From: Clostridia bacterium
Lineage (GTDB): Bacteria; Bacillota; Clostridia; Christensenellales; Aristaeellaceae
DNA: 24,007 bases
Reading direction: 5' to 3'
Assembly (NCBI GenBank): GCA_045532135.1
Contig: JAZSFI010000078.1
Coordinates: 1 to 24,007, forward strand
Below, piece after piece: positions 8,129-17,293 of the stretch; positions within the stretch are counted from its first letter, which is position 1; every line of letters starts with the position of its first letter. Under the pieces are notes generated by a model, which saw only the letters and a program-made list of their open reading frames with translations, ran no database searches and was not told the DNA's origin. The position numbers and the translations under genes are program-made.

Positions 8129-8157
8129 ATTTTATTCCGAAAAAGACGCATCTATGC
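8129..8157 (-). promoter_or_regulatory. Putative sigma-E (mother-cell) promoter for spoIIP
   Basis: Minus strand GCATAGA-N14-AATAAAAT, resembling the B. subtilis sigma-E consensus (T/G)(C/A)ATA..-N14-CATAcanT. Confidence 0.55.
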
Positions 8158-8160
8158 TTT

Positions 8161-9861
8161 TTACTCGAACCGTTTCTTTTTAAGCGCGTTTGCAGCGTCC
8201 AGCATGTTTTTTGCGTGCGTTCTGCCGCTCTCGCCTTCGTCCGCACCGCCGACCATGCGCGCGATTTCGTCGATTCTGCCTTCCTCTGAAAGCTTTCGAA
8301 CCGTTGAACCCGTATGCTCGCCTTCAACCGTCTTTTCAACCAGATACTGAAAATCGGAAAGCGCCGCGATCTGCGCAAGGTGTGTTACGCAAATCACCTG
8401 CCGCTTTTTCCCAAGCATGCACATTTTTTCGCCTACCGTCTGCGCCATGCGGCCTGAAATACCGGTGTCGATTTCATCGAAGATCATTGTATCCACGCCT
8501 TCGGTTTCGGCGGTAATCGCCTTGAGCGCAAGCATGATGCGTGAGATTTCACCGCCCGATGCAATCGCTGCAAGCGGACGCAAAGGTTCGCCGGGATTGG
8601 GCGAAATCATAAATTCCATCGCGTCCTGACCGTTGGCAGAAGGCTTTTCGAGCAATTCAAATTTCGCCTCAAAACGCGTTCTGCCCATTCCAAGGTCTTT
8701 AAGCTGCTCGATGACCGCGTTTTCCAGCTTCATCGCCTTGTCCTTTCGAACGGCGGAAAGCGCCTCCGCGGCCGATTTGAGCGCTTTTTTCTGCGTTTTC
8801 AGCGCTTCCTCCAGCTCCTGGCGGATATCGGAAGAAGCATTCAGCTTTTTGAGCTCTTCCCCTGCTTTTTTCCCGAATTCAATGACGTCCTTGAGCTCAG
8901 GACCGTACTTTCTTTTAAGCCTTTGGATCAGATCCAGTCTGTCCGCCACTTTTTCGGCCTCAGAGGGGTCAAATTCCATTTCTTCGGACGCATCCTGAAG
9001 TTCATACCCGATATCCGAAACGGCATAATAGGCCTCTTCAATGCGCGAATGGAGGGTCTTGTATTTTTCATCGATATCGGAAATGGCGCTCATTGCATCC
9101 ATCGCGCGCTTTAAAGACTCCTGTGCGCTTATGCTTTTTCCGCCGATGTATACGCGCTCATACGCCGTTCTCAGATGACCAGACAGCTTTTCTGCATTTT
9201 CATAGATGCGGTTTTTGGAAAGAAGCGTCTCCTCCTCATCCGCTTTCAGTTTTGCCCCTAAAATCTCCTTATGCTGGAACGTGAGATTGTCGATTTTTCT
9301 TTCACGTTCAGCCTCGTCCATGTTCAGGCGGTTGAGCTCCCGATGGGTTTTTATGTACGCTTCATACGCATCCTTCACTTTTTCCTTATAGGAAGAAAGC
9401 ATCTCGCCCGCATAAACATCCAAAAACGACAGGTGCTTTTCGCTGTCCATCAGCTGTTGATGTTCATGCTGTCCGTGAATGTCCACAAGCATGGATGTAA
9501 AAAGCCTGACGTTTGAAAGCGTCAGCATGGCGCCGTTGACGCGGCACACATTTTTACCGCTTCTGGATATCTCGCGCGACACTTCGGCAAGGCCGTCCTC
9601 AACATCTATGCCGAGCGAATCCAGATACTTTTCAGCATCAGGATTGTTCGAAATATCAAAAAGTGCGCGGACGCACGCTTTTTCTTCGCCCGTTCTGATC
9701 AGATCGCGGTCGGCTCTTCCGCCCAAGGCGAGATTCACGCAATCCACGACAATGGATTTACCCGCGCCGGTTTCGCCGGTAAGCACATTAAGCCCCCGGC
9801 CGAACTCGATCCGGAGGCGTTCAATGAGGGCGATATTCTGAATATTCAACTCTAACAGCAT
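8161..9861 (-). CDS. recN: DNA repair protein RecN
   Basis: LNVLTGETGAGKSI Walker A, DIHGQHEHQ, ASGGEISRIMLALK signature, IFDEIDTGISG, VICVTHLAQIAA. Confidence 0.98.
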   Translation of the reverse strand: MLLELNIQNIALIERLRIEFGRGLNVLTGETGAGKSIVVDCVNLALGGRADRDLIRTGEEKACVRALFDISNNPDAEKYLDSLGIDVEDGLAEVSREISRSGKNVCRVNGAMLTLSNVRLFTSMLVDIHGQHEHQQLMDSEKHLSFLDVYAGEMLSSYKEKVKDAYEAYIKTHRELNRLNMDEAERERKIDNLTFQHKEILGAKLKADEEETLLSKNRIYENAEKLSGHLRTAYERVYIGGKSISAQESLKRAMDAMSAISDIDEKYKTLHSRIEEAYYAVSDIGYELQDASEEMEFDPSEAEKVADRLDLIQRLKRKYGPELKDVIEFGKKAGEELKKLNASSDIRQELEEALKTQKKALKSAAEALSAVRKDKAMKLENAVIEQLKDLGMGRTRFEAKFELLEKPSANGQDAMEFMISPNPGEPLRPLAAIASGGEISRIMLALKAITAETEGVDTMIFDEIDTGISGRMAQTVGEKMCMLGKKRQVICVTHLAQIAALSDFQYLVEKTVEGEHTGSTVRKLSEEGRIDEIARMVGGADEGESGRTHAKNMLDAANALKKKRFE

Positions 9862-9888
9862 GTTTCTACCGCTCTTTTATGGTAATTT

Positions 9889-10347
9889 TCAGATTCTGTT
9901 TCCGATCAGCTCGCGGAATCGCGCAATAACCTCGTCCACATCCTCAATATTTTTGATGATAACCAGAATCGTGTTGTCTCCCGCAATGGTTCCGATGATT
10001 TCCGGCCATTTCAGCCCGTCGATCGCCTCGGCGGCAGACGGCGCAGAGGCAGAAAGCGTCTTTAAAACAATCAGATTGCCCGCGCCGGCAATGGACATGA
10101 CGGATTCGGAGAAAATGCGGATAAAGCGGTCGTTGATGCCCTTCTCCGCTCGCTCCGCCGTGGCATAGCGATAGCCGCCGTTGTCCGAAAGCACTTTAAG
10201 AAGCCTTAACTCCTTAATGTCTCTGGACACCGTCGCCTGCGTAACGTTCACGCCGTGCTGTCTGAGTTCCTCCGCCAACTCTTCCTGCGTTTCGATGTTC
10301 TTGGATTCTATGATTTCAAGGATCATGGCGTGTCTCATCGTTTTCAT
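9889..10347 (-). CDS. argR: Arginine repressor
   Basis: IETQEEL...VTQATVSRDIKEL winged helix; C-terminal GTIAGDNTILVI; RBS AGGAGG. Confidence 0.97.
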   Translation of the reverse strand: MKTMRHAMILEIIESKNIETQEELAEELRQHGVNVTQATVSRDIKELRLLKVLSDNGGYRYATAERAEKGINDRFIRIFSESVMSIAGAGNLIVLKTLSASAPSAAEAIDGLKWPEIIGTIAGDNTILVIIKNIEDVDEVIARFRELIGNRI

Positions 10348-10431
10348 CGGGGTACGCCTCCTGTTATTTCTATATTCAACGTATATCAGCCAAGAAAACC
10401 TTGGCTAAAACCGACCAAAGCCTCTTTTTAT

Positions 10432-10461
10432 ATTGTATATCAAATATGCTCCATAAAACAA
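10432..10461 (-). promoter_or_regulatory. Possible sigma-A promoter for argR-recN
   Basis: Minus strand TTGTTT-N18-TACAAT in the AT-rich tlyA-argR gap; spacing suboptimal. Confidence 0.35.
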
Positions 10462-10473
10462 CATTTTAAGCGA

Positions 10474-11280
10474 TTATTTAATAAATTTGTTATAAGCTTG
10501 GTCAATCACGTCATTAATCGTAGCATCTTCGAAAGATTGCGCGGGCGCATCGGTGTTTCTCAGAAGCAGAAGGAATTCGATATTCCCTTCAGGCCCGCGA
10601 ATCGGCGAAAAATCAAGCCCTTCAATTGTCCAGCCTTTTTCCTCAACGAAATCCGTAATCATCCTGATGACGCTTTCGTGAACCTCGCGCCGTCTGACAA
10701 CGCCTTTTTCGCCCACGTCTTCCTTTGCCGCTTCAAACTGCGGCTTAATGAGCGCTACAAACTGTGCGTTTTTTTCAAGCACCGAAAAAATCGACGGAAG
10801 CACCGCCTTTAAGGAGATAAACGACACGTCCGTTGCACCGAATTCGATGGGAGAAGGAAACATTTTCTTTTCAAGAAACCGCGCGTTCGTTCTTTCCATG
10901 CAGGTGACGCGCGCATCGCTTCTGAGCTTATAGTCCAGAAGATTATATCCCACGTCGATCGAAAACACATGATGCGCGCCTTCCCTTAGCATTACATCGG
11001 TAAAACCGCCCGTGGAAGCGCCGACGTCCATGCATGTTTTTCCTTTCAGGTCCAGCCTAAACGCCTCGACCGCGCGCTTGAGCTTCTTTGCGCCGCGGCT
11101 GACATATGCATCCGTTTCGCCTTTGATCGACAAAACCGCATCTTTTTTCACAGGATCGGAGGCTTTCATGATTTTGTTTGTGCCGTTGAGCACGCGCCCT
11201 TCCATAATCAGCGCGCGCGCAAGCTCAATTGTGTCCGCAAGCCCCGTTTTCACCATTTGTTCATCTGCGCGTATGGGCAC
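10474..11280 (-). CDS. tlyA: TlyA-family rRNA 2'-O-methyltransferase (S4 + FtsJ-like domains)
   Basis: YVSRGAKKL, DVGASTGGFTD, DVSFISL, ALIKPQFEA, SPIRGPEGNIEFL; GTG start overlaps the dxs stop. Confidence 0.96.
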   Translation of the reverse strand: MPIRADEQMVKTGLADTIELARALIMEGRVLNGTNKIMKASDPVKKDAVLSIKGETDAYVSRGAKKLKRAVEAFRLDLKGKTCMDVGASTGGFTDVMLREGAHHVFSIDVGYNLLDYKLRSDARVTCMERTNARFLEKKMFPSPIEFGATDVSFISLKAVLPSIFSVLEKNAQFVALIKPQFEAAKEDVGEKGVVRRREVHESVIRMITDFVEEKGWTIEGLDFSPIRGPEGNIEFLLLLRNTDAPAQSFEDATINDVIDQAYNKFIK

Positions 11281-13136
11281 TACTCCATCTCCCTCCCAAG
11301 CGCCTTGAGAGCGCGCATTTTTACGCTCTCTGCGTCCATGTGGTTGTCCTTGGTTTGCTCTGAAACCGAAGCGTGCGCAATAAACGCATCCGGCGCGCCG
11401 ATCAGCTCAATTTTTCCCGAAAAGCCGCGCAATAAAAGCTTTCGCATGATTTCTTCGCCCATTCCGCCTTCGACGACGCCGTCTTCAACAACAATCACCG
11501 GCACGCCGGCAGCAGAAATATCATCCAGCATTTTTTCATCCATGGGCTTTATAAACCTTGCATTTACGACAGAAGCTGCAATTTCTCTTTCCGAAAGCAT
11601 TTTTTTCGCTTCAAGCGCAATTTCGACCATTCGCCCGGAAGCAATCAGCGTGACATCGCTGCCTTCGGAAATCTTTTCCCATTCACCGATTTCAAACGTT
11701 TTTTTATTTTCGCAAGTCAAAAGCGATTTGGGATACCGGATCGCCATCGGACGATTAACCAAAGCGCTTAATTCGATCATGCGCGTAAGTTCCTGCGTAT
11801 CAGCGGGGGAGGCGACAATGAGGTTCGGTATCGAACGCAAATAGGCGATATCATAGATTCCCTGATGCGTTTCGCCGTCTGCGCCGTTCAGCCCTGCGCG
11901 GTCAATCAAGAACGTCACCGGCGCATTATTCAAACAAACGTCCATCATCACCTGATCATACGCCCTTTGAAGGAATGTCGAGTACAGCGCAACATACGGC
12001 TTCATGCCGCCAAGGGCAAGCCCGGCTGCCATCGTAACTGCATGTTCTTCGGCGATTCCCACATCGAAGGTTCTTTCGGGATAGACTTTTTCAAATTTAT
12101 ACAAACCCGTACCCGAAAGCATCGCCGCAGATACAGCTGCAATGCGCGTATCATCCCCGGCCATATCTATGAGCTTTTCGGCTGCAATCGCGCCCGCGCT
12201 CTTTCCTGCCGCTTTTTTGGCTTCACCTGATTTTGTATCAAACGGCTGAACGCCGTGATAATGCTCCGGTTCATCCTCGGCAAGGGCGTATCCTCTGCCC
12301 TTTCGCGTAACAACATGAATCAGCACCGGCTCGTCGTACATCTTGGCGCGTTCAAATACCTTTTGCATCTCTTCGATATCATGGCCGTCAACCGGTCCAA
12401 GATACTCTATGCCCAGCGCGTCAAAGAACAGATCGTTGATCAAAATCGATTTGACGACATCCCTGACTTTGGACAGTATCCGTATAACCGGCCGGCCCAT
12501 TTTCGGTATTTTTTCAAGTACGCAGCGAATGTTCTGCTTTAAATGGCGATAAGCATTGCTCTGGCGCATATTGGTCAGATGCCGGGACATCGCGCCGACG
12601 TTTGATGAAATGCTCATGGCATTGTCGTTAAGGACGATAATCATGGGCGTTTTCGTGTGTCCCGCATCGTTCAGCGCCTCATAGCACATGCCGCCCGTGA
12701 GCGCGCCGTCTCCAAGCACGCACACAATGTGATTCTCTTCATTCTTCAGCTTCTTCGCGCGCGCCATTCCCAGCGCGAGCGAAATCGAATCGGATGCATG
12801 ACCTGCGCAGTTTGCATCATATTCGCTTTCTTCGATTCTGGTAAAACCGCTCAAACCGCCTTTTTTGCGGATGGTGTTCATCTGATCAAAGCGACCCGTC
12901 AGCATTTTATGCGCATAGGCCTGATGCCCCACGTCAAAGATGATCTTGTCCTTAGGCACATCAAAAACGCTGTGAAGCGCGATGGTCGTTTCAACAAAAC
13001 CGAGATTTGACGCAAGATGTCCGCCGGTCTCGGAGACAATGTCCAAAAGCGCTTTGCGGATTTCCTCCGAAAGCGCATATTTTTCTTTCATTGTCAGACG
13101 TTTTACATCCGCCGGGGACTTGATCTTTTCAAGCAT
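11280..13136 (-). CDS. dxs: 1-deoxy-D-xylulose-5-phosphate synthase
   Basis: GGHLASNLG, FDVGHQAYAHK, TPP motif GDGALTGGMCYEALND, DVGIAEEHAV, DRAGLNGADGETHQG. Confidence 0.98.
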   Translation of the reverse strand: MLEKIKSPADVKRLTMKEKYALSEEIRKALLDIVSETGGHLASNLGFVETTIALHSVFDVPKDKIIFDVGHQAYAHKMLTGRFDQMNTIRKKGGLSGFTRIEESEYDANCAGHASDSISLALGMARAKKLKNEENHIVCVLGDGALTGGMCYEALNDAGHTKTPMIIVLNDNAMSISSNVGAMSRHLTNMRQSNAYRHLKQNIRCVLEKIPKMGRPVIRILSKVRDVVKSILINDLFFDALGIEYLGPVDGHDIEEMQKVFERAKMYDEPVLIHVVTRKGRGYALAEDEPEHYHGVQPFDTKSGEAKKAAGKSAGAIAAEKLIDMAGDDTRIAAVSAAMLSGTGLYKFEKVYPERTFDVGIAEEHAVTMAAGLALGGMKPYVALYSTFLQRAYDQVMMDVCLNNAPVTFLIDRAGLNGADGETHQGIYDIAYLRSIPNLIVASPADTQELTRMIELSALVNRPMAIRYPKSLLTCENKKTFEIGEWEKISEGSDVTLIASGRMVEIALEAKKMLSEREIAASVVNARFIKPMDEKMLDDISAAGVPVIVVEDGVVEGGMGEEIMRKLLLRGFSGKIELIGAPDAFIAHASVSEQTKDNHMDAESVKMRALKALGREME

Positions 13137-13154
13137 GTTTTAACGTATCTCCAA

Positions 13155-14060
13155 TCAGTGATCTCTGTGCGCAACGGTTTCAGCCAGCTTTCTGAAGAAA
13201 TCCGCTTCATCGCCAAATACGTCAAGCGCACGGACGGCATCGCCTAAAAGCGTCTCCACGCGCGCCTTCGCGCCCTCAAGCGTAAGCATACTGACAGCAG
13301 TCAGCTTGCCGTCGCGCGCATCCTTTCCAACCGAATGACCGAAAAGGGCGGGATCGGCGATGATGTCAAGCACATCGTCCGAAGCCTGAAACAAAAGCCC
13401 AAATGCGCGCGCATATTCCGTAACCGCTTTAAGCGCCCGTTCCTCTGCGCCCGCAAGCGCGGCGCCCGCGCGCATCGCGCCGACAAACATCGCCATGGTC
13501 TTGCCTTCGTGAATATATTTAAGCATCTCTTCCGTTCCGTCTTCTCTGCCTGCCTGATAAAGGTCGGCGCACTGACCCGCAATCATCCCCGTAACGCCTG
13601 CGCCGCGCGCAATTTCAGAAGCGGCGGTTACGCATTTTCCCATATTGTCCCTGGCGCTCAAAGCGTTTTTGAGCATGATTTCAAACGCCATATTCAAAAG
13701 GCCGTCGCCCGCCAAAATTGCCTGTCCCACGCCGAATACAACGTGGTTGGTGGGTCTGCCTCTTCGCATATCGTCATCGTCCATGCCCGGAAGATCGTCA
13801 TGAATCAAAGAATACGTGTGTATCATTTCAATTGCGCAGGCATAATCAAGCGCATCCGCAGCCTCTCCTCCGAGCATCTCGCACGTCGCCAAAAGCATCG
13901 CAGGGCGCAGTCTTTTTCCGCCCGCAAGAAGGCTGTAACGCATGCTTTCAGAAAGGAGGGACGGCATTTCGCCCGGCGCAAAGGTATTTTCAGGAAGCGC
14001 CGGGATGAGCTCGGAAAGTCTTTTTTCGGTGAATTCAGCGTATTGCCTGAGCGTCTTCAT
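13155..14060 (-). CDS. ispA: Farnesyl-diphosphate synthase / polyprenyl synthetase
   Basis: GGKRLRP, FARM SLIHDDLPGMDDDDMRRGRPTNH, SARM FQASDDVLD. Confidence 0.95.
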   Translation of the reverse strand: MKTLRQYAEFTEKRLSELIPALPENTFAPGEMPSLLSESMRYSLLAGGKRLRPAMLLATCEMLGGEAADALDYACAIEMIHTYSLIHDDLPGMDDDDMRRGRPTNHVVFGVGQAILAGDGLLNMAFEIMLKNALSARDNMGKCVTAASEIARGAGVTGMIAGQCADLYQAGREDGTEEMLKYIHEGKTMAMFVGAMRAGAALAGAEERALKAVTEYARAFGLLFQASDDVLDIIADPALFGHSVGKDARDGKLTAVSMLTLEGAKARVETLLGDAVRALDVFGDEADFFRKLAETVAHRDH

Positions 14061-14272
14061 TCGGAAATCTCCTCCGTAATATCCTTTTCGCCGTCTTTCA
14101 TGATTTGCATGATGCGCGCTTCGCCGTCATCCAGAAGCGCAGAAAGCTCTTTGTAAAGCGCTGAGGCCTCATGGTATGCCTTGAAGGAATCTTCAAGCGC
14201 CATGTCTCCTTTTTCAAGCTGGGAAACAAGCGCCTCCAATTTCTCCATGCCCTCTTCAAACGTATATTTCAT
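14057..14272 (-). CDS. xseB: Exodeoxyribonuclease VII small subunit
   Basis: TFEEGMEKLEALVSQLEKGDMALEDSFKAY; position between xseA and ispA. Confidence 0.95.
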   Translation of the reverse strand: MKYTFEEGMEKLEALVSQLEKGDMALEDSFKAYHEASALYKELSALLDDGEARIMQIMKDGEKDITEEISE

Positions 14273-14276
14273 ATTT

Positions 14277-15485
14277 TTACTCCTCGTCTTTCACGCGTTT
14301 TACATCCGCATAAACGCATGCATCCTGCATGCGGATCATGATTTCGTCTCCGTTTTGAAGCCCATCGGCGTTTTTCAGCAGCACATCATTTTTATAAACC
14401 ACCGAATACCCTCTTTTAAGCACGTTTTCCGGATTCACGGCATCCAGAACCGCCATAAGGTTTTTAAGCAAAGCGCGCTTTTTTTCGGTCAATGTCAAAA
14501 ATGCGCGATTCAGACGCTCTTTTTTATTTTCAAGCGTCTGCCGTTTTCCGTCAATCAGCATGCGCCCCGGCATCTCAAGATATGCGCTTTTCCCAAGCGC
14601 GGAAAGCCGCATTCGCTTTTTGGAAAGGTCGTTTCCTAGCGCGCCTTTCAAGCGGATGCCAAGCTGCAAAAGCGTCTTTTTCATTTCCGCCACATCCGCA
14701 ACCGCGATCTCCGCTGCATTGGACGGCGTTGCCGCGCGCGCATCGGCGACAAAATCCGAGATGGTAAAATCAATTTCGTGTCCAACGCAGGAAATCACCG
14801 GGATGCGCGAAGCGAAGACCGCGCGCGCCACAATTTCTTCGTTAAACGCCCACAGATCCTCCATCGAGCCGCCGCCGCGCCCGAGAAGAATCACTTCGCT
14901 TCTCCCGTCTTTGTTGAGAAGCGCAACCGCGCGCGCAATTTCCTCCGCCGCGCCCGCGCCCTGTACGGCGCAGGGAGCAATCAGGATTGAAACGGATGGA
15001 TCCCTCATTCTGGCTACGCGCACAATGTCCCGAAACGCCGCGCCCACAAGAGATGTAACCACACCGATGGTCTTGGGCATCACAGGCAGCGCTTTTTTAA
15101 CCGAAGGATCGAAGAGACCTTCGTCTGCAAGCTTCCGCTTGAGCTTTTCGAATTTCTCAAACAGATTGCCCGTTCCGTCCTTTTCCATGGTTTCCACATA
15201 CAACTGATATGTGCCGGAAACCGCATACAATCCGGCAGATGCGGTCACAACCACCTGATGTCCATCCTGCGGCTGAAAGGAAAGCGCCATTGCCTGCATG
15301 CGGAACATCGCGCATGAAACGCGTGCACTTTCATCCTTGAGCGTGAAATATAGGTGTCCGCTGACATGTCTTTTAAAGCCCGAAATCTCGCCCTTTACGC
15401 GAACCGAGCGCAGCATCGGATCGCCCGCAAGCTTCTTGCGGACGTATTCGTTGAGTTCTCCGACCGACAGCGTCCATTCAGGCAT
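14277..15485 (-). CDS. xseA: Exodeoxyribonuclease VII large subunit
   Basis: LSVGELN...VKGEISGF...SGHLYFTLKD OB-fold; GRGGGSMEDLWAFNEE, GHEIDFTISDFVAD, ATPSNAAE; probable start MPEW at 15485. Confidence 0.97.
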   Translation of the reverse strand: MPEWTLSVGELNEYVRKKLAGDPMLRSVRVKGEISGFKRHVSGHLYFTLKDESARVSCAMFRMQAMALSFQPQDGHQVVVTASAGLYAVSGTYQLYVETMEKDGTGNLFEKFEKLKRKLADEGLFDPSVKKALPVMPKTIGVVTSLVGAAFRDIVRVARMRDPSVSILIAPCAVQGAGAAEEIARAVALLNKDGRSEVILLGRGGGSMEDLWAFNEEIVARAVFASRIPVISCVGHEIDFTISDFVADARAATPSNAAEIAVADVAEMKKTLLQLGIRLKGALGNDLSKKRMRLSALGKSAYLEMPGRMLIDGKRQTLENKKERLNRAFLTLTEKKRALLKNLMAVLDAVNPENVLKRGYSVVYKNDVLLKNADGLQNGDEIMIRMQDACVYADVKRVKDEE

Positions 15486-16329
15486 TTTGCATCTCCGCAG
15501 CAATCATCGTGTTTTTCAAAAGAAACGCAATCGTCATAGGGCCCACGCCGCCGGGAACAGGCGTAATCGGACCGCAAACCTTGACCGCAGATTCAAAATC
15601 AACGTCGCCGACAATGCTTCCGTCGTCCATGCGGTTGATGCCAACGTCGATCACGCAGGCGCCGTCCTTGAGCATGTCTCCTGTAATCGCCCTGGGCCTT
15701 CCCATAGCGCTTACAACAATATCGGCGTTTTTCAAAATATCCTTTAAATCTCTGGTCTTCGAATGACAGATCGTGACCGTGCAGTTTTCCCTAAGCAGCA
15801 TCATCGCAATCGGCTTTCCGACAATATTGCTTCTTCCGATCACGACCGCATTTGCGCCGTTAAGCGTTACGCCCGCGCGCTTTAAAAGCTCAATGCAGCC
15901 TGCCGGCGTGCACGGTTCAAGCTTCGCACCCGCTCGCATAAGTTCTCCTGCGTTCATCGGGTGAAAGCCGTCCACATCTTTTTCGGGCGCAACGGCGCGA
16001 AGCACATTTTCTTCATTGATCCCCTTGGGAAGCGGAAGCTGCACAAGAATGCCGTTGATTTCAGGATCGTTATTGAGCGCACGGATTTCTCCGATCAGTT
16101 CATCTTCCGTTATGCTTTCGGGAAATCTTTTCGCCACGGAACGAATGCCGACCCAGCCGCACGCTTTTTCTTTGGACGCAACATATACTTTGCTTGCAGG
16201 ATTGTCGCCGGCCAAAATCACGCACAACGCAGGTGTTTTTCCGTATTTTTCCGTAAAAATCCTTACACGCGCTTTGACATCCGAACGAACGATCCTTGCA
16301 ATTTCCTTTCCGTCAATCAGCGTATGCAT
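15478..16329 (-). CDS. folD: Bifunctional methylenetetrahydrofolate dehydrogenase/cyclohydrolase
   Basis: IDGKEIA, YVASK, GILVQLPLP, KDVDGFHP, PCTPAG, GRSNIVGKP, TPVPGGVGPMT. Confidence 0.98.
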   Translation of the reverse strand: MHTLIDGKEIARIVRSDVKARVRIFTEKYGKTPALCVILAGDNPASKVYVASKEKACGWVGIRSVAKRFPESITEDELIGEIRALNNDPEINGILVQLPLPKGINEENVLRAVAPEKDVDGFHPMNAGELMRAGAKLEPCTPAGCIELLKRAGVTLNGANAVVIGRSNIVGKPIAMMLLRENCTVTICHSKTRDLKDILKNADIVVSAMGRPRAITGDMLKDGACVIDVGINRMDDGSIVGDVDFESAVKVCGPITPVPGGVGPMTIAFLLKNTMIAAEMQNA

Positions 16330-16345
16330 CCCGCAAAACCCTCCT

Positions 16346-17293
16346 TCATTTGTAGTTAAAAAGCATTTCTTCGCCGATCAAAGCAACGCCGCAGGCGTTG
16401 TCGCCGGACAATTCCGGCTTCGCCCAGCAAATCTTCTGCGTAACGCCCTTCTTTCGGCATCTCTCTTTTACAAGCTTTCTCAAAAGCCTGCTTGATGCAA
16501 CGCCGCCGGCGAGCAGCGCCTGTTTCGCGTTTGTCCTTTCAAACGCATCCGTCAAAAGCCATGTAATTGCGCGCGCCAAATAATTATAAACCTCCGCCGC
16601 AATATCTTCCTTTGACATATCGCCCGTTTCAATCATGCGCATGGCCTGCGCCTCCGCGCCGGAAAAAGAACAATGCCCGTTTTTATGCGAAAGCGGAAAC
16701 AGCGACTTTGCCTGTCCTCTGACCGCCAGTTCCTCCAGATGCGGTCCTGCCGGAAAAGTAAGCCCCAGTTTTACGCCCACCCGATCGACAAACTGACCCG
16801 CATGAAGATCGTCCGAGCCGCCGATCAATGAAATATTCCTTTTTTCATCCACGAACAGAGTTTCCGTTGTTCCGCCCGACAGGTGCATGGCGACAAACGT
16901 GCCTTCTTCGATTCCTGAATCCACCATTGCTGCGCGCACATGCCCTTTCTGGTGGCACGTTTCAAAAAACGGAACGCCCAGAATTTTTGCAACGCTCTTT
17001 CCAAGCGATACGCCCGCCAAAAACACAGGCATATAGCTCTCATCCACATCCCTCGGCCGGCTCGAAGCGCACACGGCTGCAATATCGGTTTTTCCGACTT
17101 CATTCATAAGTCCCTCGATCATTTGAGGGAGCGCATTCACATGCTGAAAAAGCCCTTCCGACTGTCTGAGCCCTCTTTCGCCTTCTTTTACATTCAGCAG
17201 CTTTCTCCAAGACGCAACGACACGCCCGTCACCCGCAAGGGCAACGGACGTGGTATAGCAGCTTGTATCAATTCCGAGAACGAGGCGTGTCAT
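16346..17293 (-). CDS. TsaD/Kae1-superfamily paralogue ('O-sialoglycoprotein endopeptidase'-like), not canonical TsaD
   Basis: LGIDTSCYTTS, HQKGH, HLSGGTTE, AGQFVDRVG, LLAGGVASS, SGDNACG; lacks the TsaD GPGL loop (has RPRDVDESYMPVF). Confidence 0.85.
   Translation of the reverse strand: MTRLVLGIDTSCYTTSVALAGDGRVVASWRKLLNVKEGERGLRQSEGLFQHVNALPQMIEGLMNEVGKTDIAAVCASSRPRDVDESYMPVFLAGVSLGKSVAKILGVPFFETCHQKGHVRAAMVDSGIEEGTFVAMHLSGGTTETLFVDEKRNISLIGGSDDLHAGQFVDRVGVKLGLTFPAGPHLEELAVRGQAKSLFPLSHKNGHCSFSGAEAQAMRMIETGDMSKEDIAAEVYNYLARAITWLLTDAFERTNAKQALLAGGVASSRLLRKLVKERCRKKGVTQKICWAKPELSGDNACGVALIGEEMLFNYK

Noticed and set aside
10355-10385. ARG box upstream of argR (TGAAT-ATAG-AAATA)
   Set aside because: Only one half-site matches the TGAAT-N4-ATTCA consensus; insufficient support.
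13335-14156. 273-aa plus-strand ORF
   Set aside because: Antisense to ispA/xseB; low-information composition typical of shadow ORFs.
14560-15207. 215-aa plus-strand ORF (and similar antisense ORFs over recN, dxs, folD, spoIIIA)
   Set aside because: Ser/Ala/Pro-rich reverse-frame translations of well-conserved genes, with no independent RBS or motifs.
16346-17293. Calling this gene tsaD or tsaB
   Set aside because: Lacks TsaD GPGL and VPE.ASR.H motifs yet keeps metal ligands that TsaB lacks; symbol left blank.
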